A DNA stretch of 64,000 bases from an uncultured Eubacteriales bacterium (GTDB lineage Bacteria > Bacillota > Clostridia > Oscillospirales > Oscillospiraceae). The DNA is taken from contig USMI01000001.1 of the NCBI GenBank assembly GCA_900555735.1, forward strand, positions 6,330 through 70,329, given 5' to 3'. The notes under the pieces were generated by a model. That model was given only the letters and a program-made list of their open reading frames with translations, was not told the origin of the DNA and did no database searches. Shown in pieces: positions 59,802-64,000 of the stretch. The first letter of the stretch is position 1. Every line of letters starts with the position of its first letter. Made by a program: the position numbers and the translations under genes.

Positions 59802-60990
59802 CCGCAAACTGTTCCAGAAAACCTTCTCCACACTGCATGCCTCCCCTGACACCCTTTCAGAGGTGTACCGGACGGTACATGAGGAGGAGAAGCCCCGCAA
59901 AAGGCGACACATCATCCCCAAGGGTCTGCTGATCGCGGCGGTGCTGGCCATGTGCATCACCGTGGCGGGCGCAGTGGGCATCGGCATTGCCGATCTCATC
60001 AAGGCCAAGGTGACTCCGGCGGCCAGTATCACCGTCGCCGACCTCCACGCCTTCAGCGCCGAAAGCATGGACAGCGAGACCCCCATTGTGCTGGATTACT
60101 ACGGCAATGTGATGTATCTGCCCCAGATGGAGCGGGTATCCACCGACGCCAAGACCATGTGGCGGCTGGTAGGCAGCTACCTTTCCACCGTGGACGCCGT
60201 CATGGAGGTGGACGGCTATACCATCGAACTGAACACCTTCCTCATCGACGAAAACGGCACCGGCTTCCTGACCTATACCCTGTCCAATCCCGACGGCGTG
60301 ACCTATGACGACTACGGCTACGGCGAGGTATACACGCCTCTGTCACCGTGGCTGTATATCGGCGACCCCACCAGCCATCACCTTATGGATGCCAAAACCT
60401 ATCTGGACACCGCCGCCAGCACCGATACGGAGCTGCATCTGGTGCTGTATTTCAGCGACTTCGGCTATTGGCACAAGGGCGATGATCTGATCTTTGCCGT
60501 GGACTCTCATGTCAACGGCGTGGCAACGACATGGGGCGGCGCCATCAGCATCACACCCCGCACCTATCTGCCGGTAACCACCTTTACCGCACCAAACGGC
60601 GACACGGTGCGTGTGTCCGCCATCGGCATACAGATCGACTATATCCGGCGCATTGCGATGTCGGGCAGTCCCCTCCTTGAGCTGCTGGTTGATGAGCTGA
60701 CGCTGCATATGAAGGACGGCAGCCAATATGTGGTGGAGAATGAACGGGACTACATCATGAACTGGGTGGTGAGCCTTGGCACCGTGGATGAGGAGCATAA
60801 CGCTACCGGCTGCGGTTACAGCTTCAACCGGCTGGTGGATGTGGACAATGTGGAATCCGTTACCGCGAAAGGGCATGCCGTCTTAAACAGTACCCTTGAG
60901 GTCGGGGAGGAAATCGCATTTGACGGCACCGTCAAGGCGGTCGATGAGGATGTGTATATAAATGACTTCGACAACACCTATACGCGGTAA
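59794..60990 (+). CDS. Putative membrane-anchored anti-sigma factor
   Basis: Overlaps the sigma gene; short cytoplasmic N-terminus, one TM, large C-terminal domain. Confidence 0.75.
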   Translation: MIDRKLFQKTFSTLHASPDTLSEVYRTVHEEEKPRKRRHIIPKGLLIAAVLAMCITVAGAVGIGIADLIKAKVTPAASITVADLHAFSAESMDSETPIVLDYYGNVMYLPQMERVSTDAKTMWRLVGSYLSTVDAVMEVDGYTIELNTFLIDENGTGFLTYTLSNPDGVTYDDYGYGEVYTPLSPWLYIGDPTSHHLMDAKTYLDTAASTDTELHLVLYFSDFGYWHKGDDLIFAVDSHVNGVATTWGGAISITPRTYLPVTTFTAPNGDTVRVSAIGIQIDYIRRIAMSGSPLLELLVDELTLHMKDGSQYVVENERDYIMNWVVSLGTVDEEHNATGCGYSFNRLVDVDNVESVTAKGHAVLNSTLEVGEEIAFDGTVKAVDEDVYINDFDNTYTR

Positions 60991-61132
60991 AGGCGGTTCG
61001 TAAAAACGTCCGTAGGGCCCACATCGGCCCGCACGAATGACGCATCGAAAAACTTCTTTACTTCATGAGACAAAACCGGCCCTTTTCGCGTTATATCCAA
61101 CAGAGACAGAATCCCTTAGAAGGAGAGCGGCC

Positions 61133-61930
61133 ATGTATACAGAATATCTTTCCACCCCGCAGGAGGCTCCGCCGGAAGCCCCGCACCGTCAGGCTCCTAG
61201 CCAATCATCTCACCGGGCCGCGCCCAAGCGTCATTCGCCCCGGCGGGACAGGCAGCGGCGCGTACTGCTGACGCTGGCGGCACTGACACTGCTTCTGGCA
61301 GGCTTCATATCCGGCTGCTGCGTGGGCCGGGCCTATGCCGCCGGCAGCAATACGGAAAGCGGCAGCACCGGCGGCGCGGACATTTCCGTCAAGCCGCCGC
61401 AGCAGAAGAGCAATGTGCCCGCCAGCATCACCCTGCCGGACTATGTGAAGGAGGATCTGCTGCCGGTGAACGAATACTCCCGCTGCGGCGACAAGCTGAC
61501 GCAGGTCAACGCAGTGGTTATCCACTATGTGGGCAACCCCAACACCACCGCGTGGCAGAACCGTTCCTACTTCGAGAATCTGGCCACCACTGGCGAGACC
61601 TCTGCCAGCAGCAACCTGATTGTAGGACTGGAGGGCGAAGCGCTGCTGTGCGTGCCGCTGGACGAGGTGGCCTACTGCTCCAATGACCGGAACTATGACA
61701 CGGTCTCCATCGAGTTTTGCCACCCCGACACCGACGGAAAGCCCGCACAGGCCACCTATGACACACTGGTAAAGCTGACGGCTTGGCTGTGCGACCTGTA
61801 TGGATTGAACGCTCAGGAGGGCATTATCCGCCACTATGACGTGACCGGTAAGGAGTGCCCCGTATACTTCGTGCAGAACGAGGCAGAGTGGGCGCAGTTC
61901 AAAGCAGATGTGGCAGCTGCCATGAAATAA
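61133..61930 (+). CDS. Membrane-anchored N-acetylmuramoyl-L-alanine amidase (Amidase_2)
   Basis: VVIHYVGN, SIEFC, IIRHYDVTGKECP; N-terminal TM; AAGGAG RBS. Confidence 0.88.
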   Translation: MYTEYLSTPQEAPPEAPHRQAPSQSSHRAAPKRHSPRRDRQRRVLLTLAALTLLLAGFISGCCVGRAYAAGSNTESGSTGGADISVKPPQQKSNVPASITLPDYVKEDLLPVNEYSRCGDKLTQVNAVVIHYVGNPNTTAWQNRSYFENLATTGETSASSNLIVGLEGEALLCVPLDEVAYCSNDRNYDTVSIEFCHPDTDGKPAQATYDTLVKLTAWLCDLYGLNAQEGIIRHYDVTGKECPVYFVQNEAEWAQFKADVAAAMK

Positions 61931-61966
61931 CAAAAGAGACGGCCCAGCCGTCTCTTTTGTTATGTA

Positions 61967-62653
61967 TCAGTCCTCGTATTCCGGTGCCTTGCCCTGATAG
62001 ATGTTCTGCATCTCGCGATCCACCTCATAGATGGCGTCGCTGCACAGCCGCAGGCGGTTGCTCTCCTCCGGGCCCCAGTGGCGGTCGGATTTATACCGCA
62101 GCTCATGCTCCAGACTGGCCCACATGTCCATGGCGATGGTGCGCAGCTGGATCTCCACCGGCAGCTTCAGCGTACCCTCAGAGATCACGATGGGCACCTC
62201 CACGATCAGGTGCAGGCTGCGATAGCCGGTCTCCTTTGGCTCCCTGATGTAGTCGGCCTCGCGGATGACGCGGAAGGATTCCGTCCGCGTCAGCAGGCCA
62301 CGAAGATAGTAAATATCGTCCAGATAGTTGCAGATGACCCGCACACCCGCCATGTCCTGAATGTGGGCATAGATGTTATCGATGGTCAGATCATAGCCAC
62401 GGCGCTTCAGCTTTTTGGCGGCGCTGTCCAACGTCTTGATGCGGTGCTCGATGTGGTGGATGGGCGAGTGATCGTACAGTCCGGCAAATTCCTCGTCCAG
62501 AATCTCCATCTGGGTCACGGCCACCTTCAGCGCGCTGCGGTATAGATGCTTCACCCGCACCATACCGGCCGCCACCTCACGCATCTCCGGCGTCAGCTCC
62601 TCGGCGATGGAAATATCCCGCAGCTCGATGCTGCCGCTCTTTTCGATCATCAT
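61967..62653 (-). CDS. Small alarmone synthetase (RelP/RelQ-like GTP pyrophosphokinase)
   Basis: RIKT, DMAGVR, GYRSLH, EIQLRT, WASLEH. Confidence 0.9.
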   Translation of the reverse strand: MMIEKSGSIELRDISIAEELTPEMREVAAGMVRVKHLYRSALKVAVTQMEILDEEFAGLYDHSPIHHIEHRIKTLDSAAKKLKRRGYDLTIDNIYAHIQDMAGVRVICNYLDDIYYLRGLLTRTESFRVIREADYIREPKETGYRSLHLIVEVPIVISEGTLKLPVEIQLRTIAMDMWASLEHELRYKSDRHWGPEESNRLRLCSDAIYEVDREMQNIYQGKAPEYED

Positions 62654-62750
62654 AGGCGCGCTCCTTCTTTCCTCATTGTTAAATATTATACTATGTCGCG
62701 GGGAGGAAAGCAAGTCAAGAAAATTTGTTTAATTTTTCTGCAACATACTC

Positions 62751-62778
62751 TTGACAAACGGCGGAATTTTGGTATAAT
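62751..62778 (+). promoter_or_regulatory. Strong sigma-A promoter of the tRNA
   Basis: TTGACA-N16-TATAAT with TG extension. Confidence 0.8.
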
Positions 62779-62811
62779 TATCGTTGCTGTGTTTCGCAGC
62801 GAATTGAATAT

Positions 62812-62903
62812 GCAGTGGTATCGAAGAGGTCATAACGAGCACGACTGGAAATCGTGTTGTCGTCAAAAGCGGCACGAGGGTTCGAATCCCTCCCACTGCG
62901 CCA
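62812..62903 (+). tRNA. tRNA-Ser (anticodon GGA)
   Basis: Acceptor GCAGTGG/CCACTGC, anticodon arm CACGA-CTGGAAA-TCGTG, long variable arm, GGTTCGAATCC T arm, encoded CCA. Confidence 0.96.
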
Positions 62904-62907
62904 ACGG

Positions 62908-62943
62908 AAAAGTCCCGAAAACACAAGGTTTTCGGGACTTTTT
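62908..62943. terminator. Terminator between tRNA and integrase
   Basis: AAAAGTCCCGAAAAC...GTTTTCGGGACTTTT. Confidence 0.75.
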
Positions 62944-62982
62944 GCTATGCGGATTTAGGGCTTTCACCCTTTATTTCCCCCT

Positions 62983-64000
62983 TTACAGGTTTCGGACGCC
63001 CTTGATGTAGGATTCCATGCGGGCGGCGCTGGCCTGTTTCATCTGGTCGGTGACGTGGCCGTACACGTCCAGGGTGAAAGCTGCCGTTGCGTGGCCCAGG
63101 TTTCCTTGCACCGTCTTGATATCATCACCGGAGCGGATAGCAGCCACGGCGTAGCTGTGGCGCAGATCGTGAAAGCGGGCGTCGGGGCGGCCGATGCTGG
63201 CCACGATCCGCTTGAACTTCTTCGTGACCGTCCAGGACACCAGGTGCCCGCCGATCTCGTTGGTGAACACGTACCCGGCGGGATTGTCCCATAGCTCACC
63301 GGCCCGAAGCTGCCAGGCGGTCTGCTGCTTGCGGTGCTGCCGCAGCAGCTCCATGATGGAGGGCGCGGGCGTGATGGTGCGGGGCTTGTCGTTCTTCAAG
63401 GGGACAAGCCGGTACTGGCCACCGGGCTTCTTCTCCCGCTGAAGCTGCTGCTTTATCAGGATCGTACCGGCGGCGAAGTCTACACAGGGCCACGTCAGGC
63501 CCAGCACTTCGCCCTCACGCATACCGGTGAACAGCGTCACCGTATACAGCGTTTCGAACTCGTGACCTCGGATGGCCTCCATAAAGGCCCACGTTTCCCG
63601 CTCGTCTAAAGGGTGCAGCTCTGGCCGTTCGACACGGGGCAGGGTACAGGCATCCGCCGGATTAAAGCGTATCAGACCGGCGGCTATGGCCTGCTGCAAG
63701 GCCTTGTGGAGTACTCCGTGGATATTCTTGATGGTCTTAGGGGACAGGGGCGCAGCCTCGTACACGATGCGCCCGCCGCGCCTGACAATTTCCCCCGCCT
63801 GGTTCCGCTTCGGCACCTGCTGGCCGGTCTTGGCAAGCTGGTTGTAAAACTGCTGAATGGTGGGGGTGTCCAGGGCCTCCAGGCGTACCGCGCCGATGGC
63901 GGGCTTGATGTGGTTGGCGATCTGCGTCTTGTAAGAGACCACCGTGTGGGGCTTGACGCCGCCCAGGTAGGTATCTGCCCAGGTGTCCATCCACTGGCCC
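62983..64000 (-). CDS. Tyrosine recombinase/integrase (5' end outside the window)
   Basis: TGMREGE, FHDLRHSYA, LGH and catalytic Tyr (DVYGH); converges on the tRNA 3' end. Confidence 0.93.
   Translation of the reverse strand, partial: GQWMDTWADTYLGGVKPHTVVSYKTQIANHIKPAIGAVRLEALDTPTIQQFYNQLAKTGQQVPKRNQAGEIVRRGGRIVYEAAPLSPKTIKNIHGVLHKALQQAIAAGLIRFNPADACTLPRVERPELHPLDERETWAFMEAIRGHEFETLYTVTLFTGMREGEVLGLTWPCVDFAAGTILIKQQLQREKKPGGQYRLVPLKNDKPRTITPAPSIMELLRQHRKQQTAWQLRAGELWDNPAGYVFTNEIGGHLVSWTVTKKFKRIVASIGRPDARFHDLRHSYAVAAIRSGDDIKTVQGNLGHATAAFTLDVYGHVTDQMKQASAARMESYIKGVRNL

Larger units (their letters stand above)
62904..64000. mobile_element. Edge of a tRNA-Ser-integrated element (prophage, ICE or IME)
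   Basis: Integrase stop lies about 80 bp from the tRNA 3' end; arm-site-like repeats at 62962-62985. Confidence 0.75.

Noticed and set aside
61967..62653. Toxic small alarmone synthetase toxin-antitoxin module
   Set aside because: It looks like an ordinary RelP/RelQ-type protein, has no adjacent antitoxin ORF, and lies outside the integrated element.

Overview
GC-rich chromosomal window, most likely from an Oscillospiraceae-like gut Firmicute (inferred from gene content and AGGAGG-type ribosome binding sites). It is mostly housekeeping and transport DNA: hydA, dnaG-rpoD, Na/Pi cotransporter, two MATE pumps, a methionine ABC importer, citrate synthase, a metal locus (csoR, a truncated P1B-ATPase and a ferrosome-like fezA/fezB pair), a decaying molybdenum cluster, pepF-oppABCDF, larC, a CorC/CNNM-family gene, a ygiQ operon, tandem Pip genes, trkA, an ECF sigma/anti-sigma pair, an amidase and a small alarmone synthetase. 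It ends with tRNA-Ser(GGA) facing a tyrosine integrase, the edge of an integrated element. The most striking observations are: (1) a Met/Cys-rich 39-codon leader peptide with a full set of alternative attenuator pairings before metQ-metN-metI; (2) a circularly permuted MetQ; (3) an acidic MgtL-like uORF containing a terminator before the CorC-family gene; (4) an intact orphan terminase large subunit behind a hairpin-ended inverted-repeat element; (5) a PyrF homologue lacking its catalytic residues; (6) a riboswitch-like leader before a MATE gene. All calls come from reading motifs by eye; no database search or folding program was run.
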